Position numbers and translations under genes: made by a program. A DNA stretch of 62,820 nt, the filler included, from Atractiella rhizophila (taxonomy: Eukaryota): NCBI GenBank assembly GCA_021432655.1. It is 4 parts of 4 records of this genome, joined end to end, with 100 filler letters (N's around TTAATTAATTAA, not from the genome) between each part and the next. Parts side by side here need not be neighbours in the genome. Positions count along the whole stretch, not along the records: positions 20,437 to 40,721 come from MU271836.1; positions 40,822 to 60,860 come from MU271840.1; 2 more parts are not named here. One strand, given 5' to 3'. Shown one piece after another: positions 36,923 through 49,930 of this stretch (position 1 is the first letter of the stretch; each line of letters opens with the position of its first letter). Under the pieces are notes generated by a model. That model was not told where the DNA came from, made no database searches, and saw only the letters and a program-made list of their open reading frames with translations.

Positions 36923-37784
36923 TGTAACATGGAAGAAAAATGTATACTTCTAGTCGAACGGTGTTATATGGTGACAATCATTTAAGGAACGTCCCTCTAT
37001 GGCATATGAAGGTATATTCATATTGGCGGGCAAGATCACTGTTGCTGGTCAAAGGAACGTCCATTGAGGGAGAAGATGGAGTGGTTAACCATGACCCCTT
37101 GGGCGGCGCGTCAGGTGATTCCCAATGTTGCGCATGGAGCTCAAGATCAAGAGAGCTTGGAAGGACATATACATCTTCGACGCTGTGATGGAGCCGGTAT
37201 ATACAATACCGCCTATATGGGGGATGGTGCGTACATTCCTTGACCTAGACATGCTGCTCAAACGGATTCGTGAGCAACAAGTCCCTAGCTAGACCACCCC
37301 CTTTTTTCAGCACCATCCTGCAATCATAGCCATCCCTAGTGAGAAATGTACTTTCTATCACTTTGCGCTAACAATCCCCAATCACTTATTAGTGAGTGCA
37401 AATGACATAAACGAATATGTGATTGGGGAGAAAGAAAAGGAAAGAAAAACACATCAAGCATACTTATAAGTCCGGACTAGCAGTGAAGTGCACATGTTTG
37501 GCACGGCATCCGGAACGCAATGCAAATAGAACAAACAAGTGACATCCACGGATCTCCAACATCCCTCACACAATGATTGTCTCATAGCCCAACCTTGAGA
37601 ATGGTCCTGCAACCTGAGTGGTGGTTGGGAACAATTGGCATCTCTTTTCGAAACCGTAGGTGACGCATTGCACAGTGGTTGCGAATGCCCCCCCACATTT
37701 TGAGGCGTCGCCAATGGTTTTGACAGGGTTGGGACTGCATTTCCCAACTGTTGCTAGAACACTGGGAAATGCGGAAACATTACA
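36923..37784 (+). mobile_element. Putative solo LTR related to 37990-38522, opposite orientation (right end uncertain)
   Basis: Begins TGTAACATG, the same as the other LTR; shares a 24/25-nt motif (37284-37308 vs revcomp of 38329-38353). The nearest TTACA is at 37780-37784; no target-site duplication found. Confidence 0.4.
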
Positions 37785-37989
37785 ACTATCTTTTGGTATT
37801 GCTGCAACGATTCGAAGATGATTGCAAGGCCATTGTTAGGGCTGACACTATGTGCGGTCGCCGATAGACGATGCGTCTGTAGTGGAGATAAACCTAAGAG
37901 AATACTCTGAGGTCACCTCCACTACTCTCCGATCTATATATACAAGCGGAATAACACTGCCACAAGCGTAGAGGAGAGCAGATGAAACA

Positions 37990-38522
37990 TGTAAGAGAAC
38001 TAAAAGGGAAAAGTGACAGTGGGATTATGCGGAGTTAATAAGAGGAGAATAGACACAAATGGGCTAAGTGGTGATGCAGGTGCAAATGGGCAAACAGGCA
38101 ATGGGAGACGCAGGCGCCGATTCCCAGGGAATGCAAATGGGCGATAGGAGATGCAATCCAGCGAAAGGGCGCCGATTTGCGTAAGATGCAAACCTGACAT
38201 AATCGCGCTGAAGAACGAGAGAATGGTACATGTTATATGCAAAGAGAGGAGTAACTGTGAAACGGTGGCTAAAGGGAACAAAGGTGAACGTACCATTCTC
38301 TCACACCTGATACTTGCACGACGATTCCGAAAAAAGGGGGTGGTCTGGCTAGGTCATATTGGAGTTTGCGTGTGAGGCACCATGTATCATTTCTCTTACT
38401 CAGAATTTTGGCCTTGCATAGAGATATAAGGAGCAGGATGCGCAAGTTATGCCCACATCATTGTATCAACATGAAGCAAGAGAAAATGTGTCTTTACAAG
38501 ATCTGTTCGATCTCATGTTACA
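37990..38522 (-). mobile_element. Putative 3' LTR of a Ty3/Gypsy element
   Basis: TGTAA..TTACA termini, 533 bp, non-coding, downstream of integrase remnants. The upstream purine run (GAGGGG) is an imperfect PPT. Confidence 0.55.
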
Positions 38523-40721
38523 AGCTGAGCAGTCCCCTCGGGGAGAAGTCACCTGACTCAGTCATGGAGACCAGGATTCTTGGTCTTTTAGATAAGCTTT
38601 GTCGTATACGGTTTGAAAGGCGCCGACACGGGTATTCTGTTCGTACGCAAAGGTTCTGAAGGAGCTGTTTGTCAGGTGCCCCTACGCAGTACCGAAATGC
38701 ACCATCTGAAGTCACGTGAGCGAGTTTACCATGCCATAGGACCACGCGCCTGCCGATCGGACCGGGTTGCGGACGTGCAAGCTGATCGCGGACGAGCCCT
38801 AGTCTCACAGGAATCGCCGCTGAGGAGACCTTAGACATGTCGCGGGTCTGGACCGTCTCGAGGAGTGCTTTATTGTCGTTTCTCACTTGAACTGCTCAGT
38901 ATGTCTTGATTTCCGAGTTTTCCTTGTATTGCGTTCCTGATCTAGCTATCGTAAATGTTTCGAAACTTATGATACAGTTTTGGCAGTGCTTTTACATATG
39001 TAGATATCATCGAGATGTAGTCGTGGTGACCTCAGGTATTCTCGTAGGTTTACTTCCACTGTTAGTCTGCTCATTCCATATTATTCCCTTGAACGGTCCA
39101 TCCCATCTAGGCTGCAACTTGTTTGCACGCCTGTCGTTCCATCGCAGTACTAAGTCTCCAATGACGAATCTGAATCCTTGGTCAGCGTAGAGATGTCATC
39201 GATCCTGCTCGTCGTTCTCGAATATCAAAAGCCGTTGGGAGCTCGAGCCCGAACGTCTGTGAGATCGTGGACGTATTCGCTTCGTCGATATTGATATTGC
39301 TTGACTTCGTCATTGTTTGGTGGCCAGGAGAGATTGGAGGGGTCGATCAGAGGGGAGGACAGGGTCTGACCGAAGTTGAGGAAGAAGGCGAATGTCCAAA
39401 CGTTCGAGTCTTGCTCGTAGGACGACAGGGTGGAACGAAGGAGTGCTAGGGGTGCTCTAGGAGCAGGTGGTGGAGGAGGAGTCACGTAGTCGTGGAATTG
39501 GAGGTGGAGTCCAAACGTCGTGGTGGTTGAGGTCGAACGACTGGAGGTGGACGAATTCCCTGGGCCATTCGATCTTGAGCTTGCAGTCGTTGTGTCGAAT
39601 ACTGGAGTTCCGTGGTCTGTGATAGACTGGTTTTCCTGTTCTTAAACGATTTAGCTTTTGACCATCTGATGAGCGTTCTTAGCACATGCTTGCGTCGTTT
39701 CCAGTCGCTAAGTTCCATTGGACTGCCATTCCTTTGATCTTGAGCGGTCCACACCAGATAGGCTGCAAGTTGTTTGATGACTGTCGTTCGATCGGAGAGC
39801 GAAGGTAATGAGATACTGGTTCTTTGATCGAGAGAGCGGGAGGGGGCCAACGAAGTCGAGAGACCAGAAGTCGAAAGCGAGTGATGGTCGGAGAGGATGG
39901 AGCGGTTGAGGGCCAATGCAGTGATGGTCGAGGAATTGACATTCGGTACACCTATCGACAACGTATTGGGCGAGGTCGTGATTGAAAGGCGTCCAGAGAC
40001 GTAATTGAATTTGTTCCACTGTCGACCGGGCGGCTAAGTGTCCTAAGTCTTGGTGGATAGCTGTAGCGATCTTGACAGCGTCCTCGACGGAGGTAGGAAT
40101 TCGGAGATGTTTCCCATCCAGTCCAATACGAAATAAGTCACCATTGAGCAAGAGGAAACGCGTATTCGTTAATTCCTCGATCCTCCTTCCTCCCTTCAAA
40201 TCCTCCTCTATTTTCTTAAGGGAGATTGCTGCCGATGCGAACTTTTCAGGAAAGGTGAGAGGTGATTCCGATGAATCGATAGGGGCTGCAAAGAGTGGAG
40301 TATGCGTATCGTCGTCGGGAACATCAGGAAGTCCTTCTCGTCGGGACAAGGCGTCAGCCGCCAGCTGGTTTCTTCCGGGCCTGTAAATGATTTCCACGTC
40401 GAAGTGTTCGATTTCGTCCACAAATCTAGCAAGTCTCCTCGAGACGTGCCTTTGCGAGCGAAAATATTTAAGAGATTCGTGATCCGTACGAACCAAGATA
40501 GGCGAACCTTCCACATATCCCCTCCAGTGCTTTAACGAATGCACTATAGCCAACAACTCCCTCTCTTGAGCTGAATACCGCTGTTCTGTTGGGGAGAGTC
40601 GGCGGGAGTCGTATGCCACTGGTCGTAAGTTCTTCTCCTTTAATGTCTTCGAGTAGTGAGAAAGATCGAATGGTTGTCCTTTAACGAAGTCTACGCCTTC
40701 ATCTTGCTGGAGGACGGCACC
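38523..40721 (-). mobile_element. Ty3/Gypsy LTR-retrotransposon pol remnant (RNase H, integrase Zn-binding domain, deleted core), truncated by scaffold end
   Basis: GAVLQQ..RPVAYDSRRLSPTEQRYSAQERELLAIVHSLKHWRGY..VRTDHESL..IIYRPGRNQLAADALSR; H-x4-H..C-x2-C (HQDLGH..CTEC); WSLDFVGPLP; GPF/GPL motifs. RNaseH-integrase order fits Gypsy. Confidence 0.93.
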
Positions 40722-40821
40722 NNNNNNNNNNNNNNNNNNNNNNNNNNNNNNNNNNNNNNNNNNNNTTAATTAATTAANNNNNNNNNNNNNNNNNNNNNNN
40801 NNNNNNNNNNNNNNNNNNNNN
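40722..40821. other. Artificial scaffold-joining spacer
   Basis: 44 N + TTAATTAATTAA + 44 N. Confidence 0.97.
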
Positions 40822-41436
40822 TTTCGCGGTGAGAATCTCAGTTCAGCAACAGTTCCTCCGGCTGATGTCCTAGCATGTAGGGGTATTTGCCATGGTTGCC
40901 TCGGAGACTGCTCTTCCGTTACAGAAGGCAATAGGCAATGGCTGGCTGTACACGATTTGGTTCGCGCTGACCCTTCTGGGAGAAATCAGTGTGGTCTGGA
41001 TCGGGTGGATGGAGGATCGAAGGATTCAATGGAAGTTTTGGACCCCACGGACAGACGCATCGCAATGACTCCATGAGGATCGGAACTTGAGGATGCTTCA
41101 GGCAGGCTTCAGGAGATCACGATAATGGAAATGATGAACATAATGCACATTGTACAGTAGCAAACGTATACCCATTCGTGTCCTCCCTCAACAGGGAAGA
41201 CCCGCCCAACACTCACAATTCTAACCAAAACGTGCTATACGACTTCTGTGAGAAGGGCAGCCTAACCTTCCCAACTGTGGCTGATGCGCCAGCGAAACAT
41301 ATTCCTTCCGGATATTTGGCCGGAAGCCTGATGGCGCATTCTGCTTGCAGGTTGTGATCACGCCTTCGCAACACTTACTCAACTTCAAACTGCTCAACTG
41401 CCTTCCCAAAGTTGCTTTATTCCAGCTTTATAAGTT

Positions 41437-43368
41437 ATGAGAGTGTCAGCAGCTGTTAGATCGCCTAATGTTGTGTCGGGATTCTTGGGGTCAGTGGGAA
41501 GGACACCTTTGGTGAGTGAGCTCTTTGCAAAACAGGTTTTGATGCATGAAAGCGTTGAGCTCCTGAAGCATTGTGTAGACGTGTTGCATCAAAATTATGG
41601 AAACTAGATGAATTATGTGTCATCAGGCAACTAGATGTTCAGGGTTGTTCAGACAGCGAATTGTTATTGGTTGTTAGCGAAAGCCTAGAGATGTTTTCTT
41701 TGCTCAACAAAAGCATCCTACATCCCCGCCAAAGGAGGTGCCAGAAGATACACGTAAGGATATAACAAGTAGAGAGAACAGCCACGGTAGTGGCATGCTT
41801 TTATCAATTTTGTTAGTGTGGTTGCTCCTGTTTTCAACATTTGCGTGCTATCCCACCAGATGCGCCACACAACTGGATAAATCAAGTAATCTGCTAACTC
41901 TCTCAACTTTCGCCTTATGGAATCATGCTTGTCTAATAAGAACCTGACTGTCTACTCTAGATCCGTCTCTCCCACCTCTCAAAAGCGACAGGCTGCGAAA
42001 TCCTCGCCAAAGCCGAATTCCAAAATCCTGGAGGAAGCGTGAAAGACCGGGCTGCTCTTGGTTTGATTGAGGAGGGGGAGCGACGCGGTTTGTCCTTCCG
42101 CTCTCCTTATGATCACATCAGCTGATTTGATAATTTATCAATTTGGCTTGGGCATGGTCGATATACAGGTCTCATTAGAGCTGGAGGAACGATCATCGAA
42201 GGTACGGCAGGGAACACTGGTATTGGATTAGCCCATGTGTGTAGGAGCAAGGGGTACAAATGCGTGATTTACATGCCTAATGTTCGCCCTTGTCCTCTCT
42301 TAACGTACAATCTGATGTGGACGTACTTTTCGAATGATGAGCAGACCCAGAGCCAAGAGAAGATAGACTTATTGAGAATGCTAAGAGCCGAAGTGTACCC
42401 AGTTCCAGGTCCGGTATTCTTTCTTTCCTTCTTGTCAAGTGAAGTTGAAATGTTTTGCAGCGGTTGCATATGAGAATCCTGAGAATTACAATCACCGTAA
42501 TTTCTTCCCCTTTCTCCTCGCAGCCGTTCTCTGGTGCTCATTGTGAGCGCAGAAGCAAAGCGGCACGCAGAACGGACAGAAAATGCATTCTGGACTGACC
42601 AGTTCGGTGAGTCTCTCATCTTCATTCGTCCAACCTTCCGCACTAACTCGACTCAGACAATCCATCAAACGCACGTTATCACCAAGTAACGACTGGACCA
42701 GAAATCCTATCCGCACTCTCCTCCCTCGCATCCACTTCTCCCTCGTCGCTTGGATTCATCTGCTCCACTGGCACAGGTGGCACGCTTGCAGGTGTGACTC
42801 TCGCTCTGAAGGAGAAGAGCAAGGATATCCAGTGCTACCTGGCCGATCCGCCTGGTTCTGTGCTCTCCGGATATTTTGAGAGTGGAAAGAAGAACCTGGG
42901 CGAGAGGAAAGGGAGCAGTATCACAGAAGGTATTGGACAAGGCAGGGTCACTGGGAACCTTCAGCTCGCAGTGGACGTCATCGACGGGTCCGTCTCCCCT
43001 TTTGGTGCTGGCTGGAATGTCTGTATCTTACTATGATGTGCGCATAGTGCATTCCATATCCCCGATGAAGAGTCGATAGAGATGGTCTACCGACTACTCG
43101 ATGAAGAGGGAATCTACGTCGGTGCCTCTTCAGCCCTTAACGTGGTGGCTGCCACCAAGTTGGCCAAGAAGATGGGCAAGGGTTCGACGGTGGTCACTGT
43201 GCTCGCAGATGGCGCCTATCGGTCCGTACCTCTCCCTCTCTTTCTCAATCTTGCATTGACTGTGGAAATAGGTATCAATCCCGATTGTTCAGCAAGAAGT
43301 GGATCGAGAGTAAAGGGCTATGGGGTGCCATTCCGCAATCGTTGCAGAAGTATGCAACATTACCTTGA
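41437..43368 (+). CDS. cysB: Cysteine synthase (O-acetylserine sulfhydrylase, PLP-dependent, fungal CysB type)
   Basis: [25 protein letters not shown] (PLP Lys), [52 protein letters not shown] and [12 protein letters not shown]. Stop at 43366-43368. Confidence 0.95.
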
Positions 43369-43934
43369 TTCATTCCCAGTGTAGCATGTTATACTTAGAA
43401 TGCAAGAGATTGTCAAAATCATCGGATTGCGCTATGAGTTGTCACAAAACATCAAGGTACCCGTACGACATGACCAGAACCTTAGCTCTCTACTACTATG
43501 TACTCGACTCGTTCAAGATGAAGAAAAATTCAAAGGAACGGAGAATAAAGCCCTATTATATTTGCTTCGTGCGGTGAAGAGGAGGGAGGGATGAATTTGA
43601 ACATGAGAGAAACAAAGGCGAAGCGGGAATAAAAAGAGGATAGGGCTGTGTATTCGATGGCATATTGAAATGACTGTGTATGACCTTTGCTTGAGTCTTG
43701 TTCAAAGGCAGTGGAGAGGAGAAAATCGAAAGACATTGGAAGTGACTGAAATGATGATACAGAACAGACAAAATGATGGAGATAACCCATGGCCCATGCC
43801 ACGAAAATCAATAGCCACGTAGTCACTCCTGCGGAGTACCAATCTAATAAAAAGGAACGTACGATGATAAACCACAACACAACCATCCAAACGGAACTGC
43901 TGTCCATCTCACTCGTTTACTCCCAAGAACAAAA

Positions 43935-46199
43935 CTAGTGTTTCCCAAACATCTTCTTCCACCAATGCTTCCACCTCTCCCAAACACCACCTTTCCATCC
44001 CTCCTCCCTCTTACCCTTCGCAAGCCTGACGGTCCCATGCATCCCAGGAACCTTAATGTCCATCCCTCCCTCGATTCCCACTTGTGCCTCCTCGTCCTTG
44101 TCTTTCTCACCTCCGGTAGTGTCGAACTTTGCATCAAGACATGCCTTTGTAATCAACCAGCCTGGGAATGCATTGCACAAAGCATCGAGTTCAGGATTCG
44201 TGAGATAAGGAGGGAGTGTGAAAATGTAATATCTAGGTGTCATGTGCGCCTCGAGGCTCGAGAGGCTTCGCGGTGGTGGCCTAGGAGGATCCTTTCTTTG
44301 ATGGAGCGATTGACTCGGAGGCGTCGCCTGCTGCTCCGATAAGAGTGGCGCCGCGGTGTTAGGCGTGGTGACAGGAGTTGTATCCTCCGTAATCCTACCA
44401 TCATCAAGCTCGTCCGTCTCCTCCCCACTCGCACCTTCCGTCTCTTCCGAATCGCTCGCCTGCTGCCTTTGCAATTCGAAGCCCAGCAAACTCGGCCGCC
44501 TTGGTCTATCATTGATAGGAGCCTCCTTCGGGTCACCAAAAGGGTCGGAATCGCTCCTTGAGCGCAGAGAGGGATTGGAGGCGATGGTGGGAAGGCGATT
44601 GGTTTGGCGGGTGGGACGACGAGATGGTGGTGGGGGCGGTGGTTTCTTCTTCTGTGCACCACCCTGCTCTCCATCCGCGGTCGGTACAACGAAAGACATA
44701 GCTTGGCGGACCGTTGCATGGGAGGAGACGGATGACCCGAGCTCGTTGGAGTGGGAATGAGAATGCACATCCTCCTCCGTTGTGCTGGTCGTGTACGCAG
44801 AACTAGGCCGCGAACGCATATCCACCAATCTTTCGCTACATCCCAAAAGACCTTTCAAGAGATGAACAGTGTCGTCCATCCACTCTCCTCCTCCAGCTTC
44901 CAACAATGCCGCCTCATCAACTTCCCACTCGACCCTTCTCTCCGATGCTCCTCCCTTTCCACTCCTCCTCTGCACATTCAAAGCCGTATACAATCCCCTC
45001 GCGAAGGGGTGGGTCCCCGGAAGGGAGTTCGTGCAGTTCCTCCCGAGCCAGCGTCGGAGACCACGGTATCGGTTAGTGCGGGCGTCCCGCCCTTTGGGCG
45101 CAAATTCAGGCTTCGTTGAGAGAAGTAGCTGCCGAAGTTTCGAACGTCGGTCTGCGAGAGAGTCCGCATGGAATTGGGCCCGAATGCGAGCTTGGATCTT
45201 TGAAAAGATTGGACGGATCGAAGGAGGTTGGAGTCGGAGAAGTTTGTCGATTTGCGCTCCAGCTGTGGGAGAATGATCATAGTAAAGCTCGCGACATAGC
45301 TTGATGAAACATTTCAGTATGCTTACTTTGATGGAGACTAAAAGGTGGGAGAGAATGAGAACTGGACGTCAATTTTTCTCGTTCGCATTGAAGGTAGCGA
45401 AGCTCATCGTTAGAGGAGATCTCCATCCTCCCTTATCACTCTTGACAGTAATCGCAAGCTCTCTCATTTGGGCCCGAAGAATTAGCGGGAGTAAACGTCA
45501 AAGAGCGGCTCTGATAGCGAAGGCCTTTCATTACTGCTTTATTAATTAATTTTCCTTCGATGGGTAGGAATAGAGCAACACCGAAGATCTCCCCTATGTA
45601 CTCCTCAGTTTCCTGAATGAAAGCGCGAGTCTTTTGGCACCCTCACCCAACTTCAATCCGAATGCTTGGCAATCAATGCAGTATATCGGAAGCTAATGGG
45701 AACGGCGCACATTCCAACGCTCTCGAACACGTAATGGACAACATTAGAAGCAATTTATAGTTACTTCTCAGAAAGAAGCACAGGGGCCGGGATGGCAAAA
45801 TCATCTCTTATCTCATAGAGATGGATGTAGAGCCATTTCTCACGCCTCCCTGCAAATGCAAATGAAGGAAGTAAAGTAACTCTCAGTGGCGGAGATTTCT
45901 CCCTCCAATTACTCAACCCTCAAACACCCAGAAAATTGAAGAAGCCATACTTGTTCAAACCTCTCCATATCTCCCTCATCCGGCTCTACAACTTCCCTTT
46001 CCCGCCTCCCGGCGCTGATAGCACTGAATGCACTCCCTCCATTGCTGCCCAAAGCAGGAGAAACAGGACTATTCCTCCATCCGGCTCCCGCTCCTGTCGA
46101 ACTAGCGCTTGCTAGAGTGGGTGATCGAATGTTCCCTGTGCGGGAAGGAGAGTTGTTGCTGGACAGTGAGGAGAGGTTGAGGGGTGGAGGACGGGACAT
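43935..46199 (-). CDS. Hypothetical protein of unknown function, 2 exons
   Basis: Exons 46199-45951 and 45299-43935 join in frame (DMERFEQ|LCRELYYD) across a 651-nt GT-AG intron, giving ~537 aa. Amphipathic Trp-rich C-terminus GWKGGVWERWKHWWKKMFG. Confidence 0.8.
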
Positions 46200-47521
46200 C
46201 CTCTATCTATTCGTGCTGGAGTGATACTCGCCTTTCCTTGCTGCTTGATATTGAAGGAAAGGGAGGAGAAGTTGGTCGTTTGTTGCCGAAACGAAACGAC
46301 GACCAAGACTCTTGAAACACGAAGCACGACTAAGACGCCTCTACGTCTGCCTATTAAAGAGGGACTCGGATAATGTCATATCGCCTGATGTCGATGTCCT
46401 GTGATATCTAGCATTCGTCACCCGGGCTGGCCACCACAGAACGGGACGGCGGAGTTGTTTCCAATTGGGCACCAGCAAACCCCACCCCATGATCATTCAA
46501 TGAGCATATGTGGCAGGGTTCGGAGATGCTGCATGGATGTGATGAGATTATTCATGAGGATGGCATCTCCGGTGAGTGAAAAGTGACAGATTGAGAGGGT
46601 TGTGAGATGTGGAATGATTCCCAAAAGCTTTGGTTCAAGCTTCAGCTTCAGCAGAGCGCAGAGATTTCTGAGGTTGATCAAGGCTAAACTTGTGGGCATT
46701 TTTGCAACTTCGAGTGCAACTGAAGCTCGCCCTCTCTCAATCAGTGATCCGCTGTGAGCTCGATTCCCAAAGTTTTCCGATCTCATTGGGGTGGACCATT
46801 TACTTTGCGTGCTTGCAAAATTCCGACAAAGTATGATGTAACCCCATCCTATCCTAACTTACCATACTCGAAAAAAATATCAGTAGACCTGATCTGTTAT
46901 TTCACACAACATTCGTATTTTGGCTCTGGAATTGTTAATATTTCACATGGCATTATTCAAATGTCTGAAAATCGGCCACAAAACTGCTTCACTGTCAAGC
47001 TAATTTGTGAATCCGATCTAAAAGAAAGAAGAACCATTGCACATCGATGCTCTCTCGCGGGCGTTTTTCATGCGTACTCACATACGCCTGGTCTTTGAGA
47101 GGCAAGGTTTTCATATACAACTCACACGACTAAAGCGATCTAATTGCTAGCAGCGATAATTCTTAGACGGGTTCACTCTAGGGATGGCCGTTTCTTCCAT
47201 TCGCAGGACGCCTTAGCTGTAAATTATCTTGGACAGGATTATAGATGCAGCCGGTATGGTTTTTCCTTCTTCCTTCGTTCCTTAACGCTGTTTCCCTTCT
47301 TCGCTATTCGTAGTTCTCTGCCAGGTCAACGTTAATACCTCAGCAGGGACTAACGGCTGCAGTCGTGAGTTCCAACATAAATGCTAATACACCATTTTCT
47401 ACAAGTTCTCATCCCTGCAATGCTGTTTTGTCTCCCTCCTCTAAGGGAATGAAACGAAAGGTTAGTCCGAGGCCTCTTATGACATAAACTTGCAGTACTT
47501 TTTGTATTACAAAGAGGTAGT

Positions 47522-48224
47522 TCACCAATGAGCAGCAGTGATTATATCTTGGCTAATTGCGTTTACTTCATCCTCGGTCATGTTTTCATGGAACCATCGT
47601 TCTTCTTCCTTGATCTGTATTTCGTTCCCTTTTTCGTCATGACGGCAATTCAGTGTAAGATAAAAAAGCTAGAGATAAACCTGACCTGACATCTGGCGCT
47701 TCGCCATTAACCCGTTCGGTGCGAAAGTCCAATCCTCCAGCCCATCTTCTCAACAGGATCAATATGTGCTTCTCGCGGGGTCACATGGAGCGACTTACAG
47801 CAACGGAACCATTGCTGCTCCAGCTCACTGAAGTATTCATACCAAAATCTATCGCACCATCTCAGCCTCAATTTTCAGGCAAGAGGAACAAAGATCCCTA
47901 CTGCACAGCGATCTTATTGTCGGTAAAAGCAAAAAGCTCTTTCCTTAACTTGTACTTCTTCTCTCTCAGCCATTTCGCCGTAAGAAATACTTTCACCGCT
48001 TCTCGACCCGTCAAAAAAATGTGTCTATTGCGCCATATCGTGTCTATCGCAATAATTATGCCTCCATGATACAATATGGTAGTAGTTCGAAGCTCACCTT
48101 CCGTGTAGGCAAAAGGGACACGCTCGGGGTCTTTGGTGTTCCAAGCAGCTTGAGCAGCTTTCACCTTTTGCGTAGCCGTCTCGAAAGTAAAAGGAGGAAA
48201 AGGAGGACGAGATTCTGATGACAT
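47522..48224 (-). CDS. DUF1348 family (NTF2/SnoaL-like) protein
   Basis: [78 protein letters not shown] and GLMAKRQMSGN. Confidence 0.92.
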
Positions 48225-49554
48225 GATGCTTCTAGGCCGTCTTCCCTATGACTTCAAGTACTTCGGTGCAGTGAGTGAACCAATGAAGGATCAGAATCGA
48301 GTCGCGGGCTTTATATAATTTATACAGCCACGGCCATGTCAGCAAGATCACCGATGCTTGGTCGGAGAACGTCGTTGGGATGAAGATGTATCTTCACTTT
48401 GAGGAGGACGGATCTCTCCGCATCCGGCACGTCAAGGATCAAGGCATATCAGGACGACTCAGGAGAAAGAATATGCAGCTCTGAGGAACGACCGCAATCT
48501 CCAATCCATTTTTTGAAGTGTAGTAGACTGGGCTAGGGCTATTTGCGCAAAGCTTCAAGTCAAGTCATCACGCCAAAATTGCTTACTCAGTACCTCAACG
48601 ACTTCAACCACATTACGCCTAGTACCTGGCGCACACGCTGCTTCATCTTCAGAGTGAGATGCATCAACATCTTAGATTGTCGCCTTTAATTCCCGTGGTA
48701 CAGGGAATGAAATGAATGATCTGAGGTCTCGCAAATGATTTGTCGCTGTGAACGCATGAACGAAGTTTCCGTGGTTGTACACACTTCTTCCTTTCAGCGA
48801 AGATGCCGCAGCGTCCCCTCTATTGTAGCATAAATCTATAACAATCCTCATCAGCTCATCAGCATAACTCTATCTCTATTTTCTGGCAAGAAGTGCGAGT
48901 CGTGGTAAATTCGAGACCATGCAGCCGCGGCGTTGTGCCCTGCGCACGTGATGATGATGCATTTCCTGAAGGAATAGGTCTTTAGTAGTGCTGCATTGCT
49001 GAAACAGGCTGAACGGGCACTATGAACTCGGGCAGGGTCCATCTCGTTGGAAGTAGGCCCTTCGTTCGTCCTGCTTCGCCTCGTCCCGTTCGTTCAAGAG
49101 CCTAAATGGCGTTTCGAGTTTTGTTTGTTGCCCACGTCGCTTTTACAGCCAGTGGTGTCTCGAGGTCTGTTATGGCGTGCCAGGTCATATTATGTATTGC
49201 CAAAGAAAACAAAGGCCCATAGAGAAGGCGAGGAGAAGGCAGTGTCCTGCTTGCACGAGCCACTATCTGAATCTCTTAAAACTAGTTGCTCTCACATATA
49301 TCTCACATGGGAGCATTGAACATTTTTTATGACTTGCTGCAGCGTTTTCTAACTATTCTGATAGCGAAATACGAGGAACCTGCTTCTCAAAGCCTTCCTT
49401 AAAGCCTGTCCCTCCTTGGTGCCCAACTCGCCTACTCTTCAGTCTGCCTTGATACTGTTTCGGTCTAGAGGAAGTCATGTCGCCCGAAATGTTTGTGGGA
49501 CAGCATCAGAAAGGATGTCCTCAAAATTCCTTCTCATACGACTGCAGATTCTTT

Positions 49555-49930
49555 TCCGTGATCTGTATGGACGATCTGGGCAAGAACTGTGGGGACAGGT
49601 TTACGAAGTCACAATTCCTAGAAGAGAACCCAACGGTGCTCGTGTGGTGGTGAAGATTTACTAAGAAGCTTGAACCCTTCCCAGCTCGACTTCGAGACGT
49701 ATCCAGCGGATTCCTCAACACGCGAGCAATCAGCTCATTCTTCTTTACGGTTACTTCAACAGTCAGCAATCCGAAATCTTATGGTTTTACGAAGTATATC
49801 GAACCCTTCTTTCGCCCTCAGCTAGCTTGAAATAGCTTCAGATACTGCTGGCGCATTTGACGGTTGTCGCAACTTACGTGCTCGAGTTTGTAAAAGGCCC
49901 TCATATCGATGAGGTCGACTTACCCTCCCT
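49555..49930 (+). pseudogene. Protein-kinase-like pseudogene fragment
   Basis: LWGQVY..VVVKIY* EA*, REQSAHSSLRLLQQSA(I)PKSYGF(YE) and YVLEFVKG, with two stops and frameshifts. Confidence 0.6.

Noticed and set aside
5851..43368. Sulfur-metabolism cluster (persulfide dioxygenase + cysteine synthase)
   Set aside because: The genes lie on different scaffolds separated by two artificial spacers.
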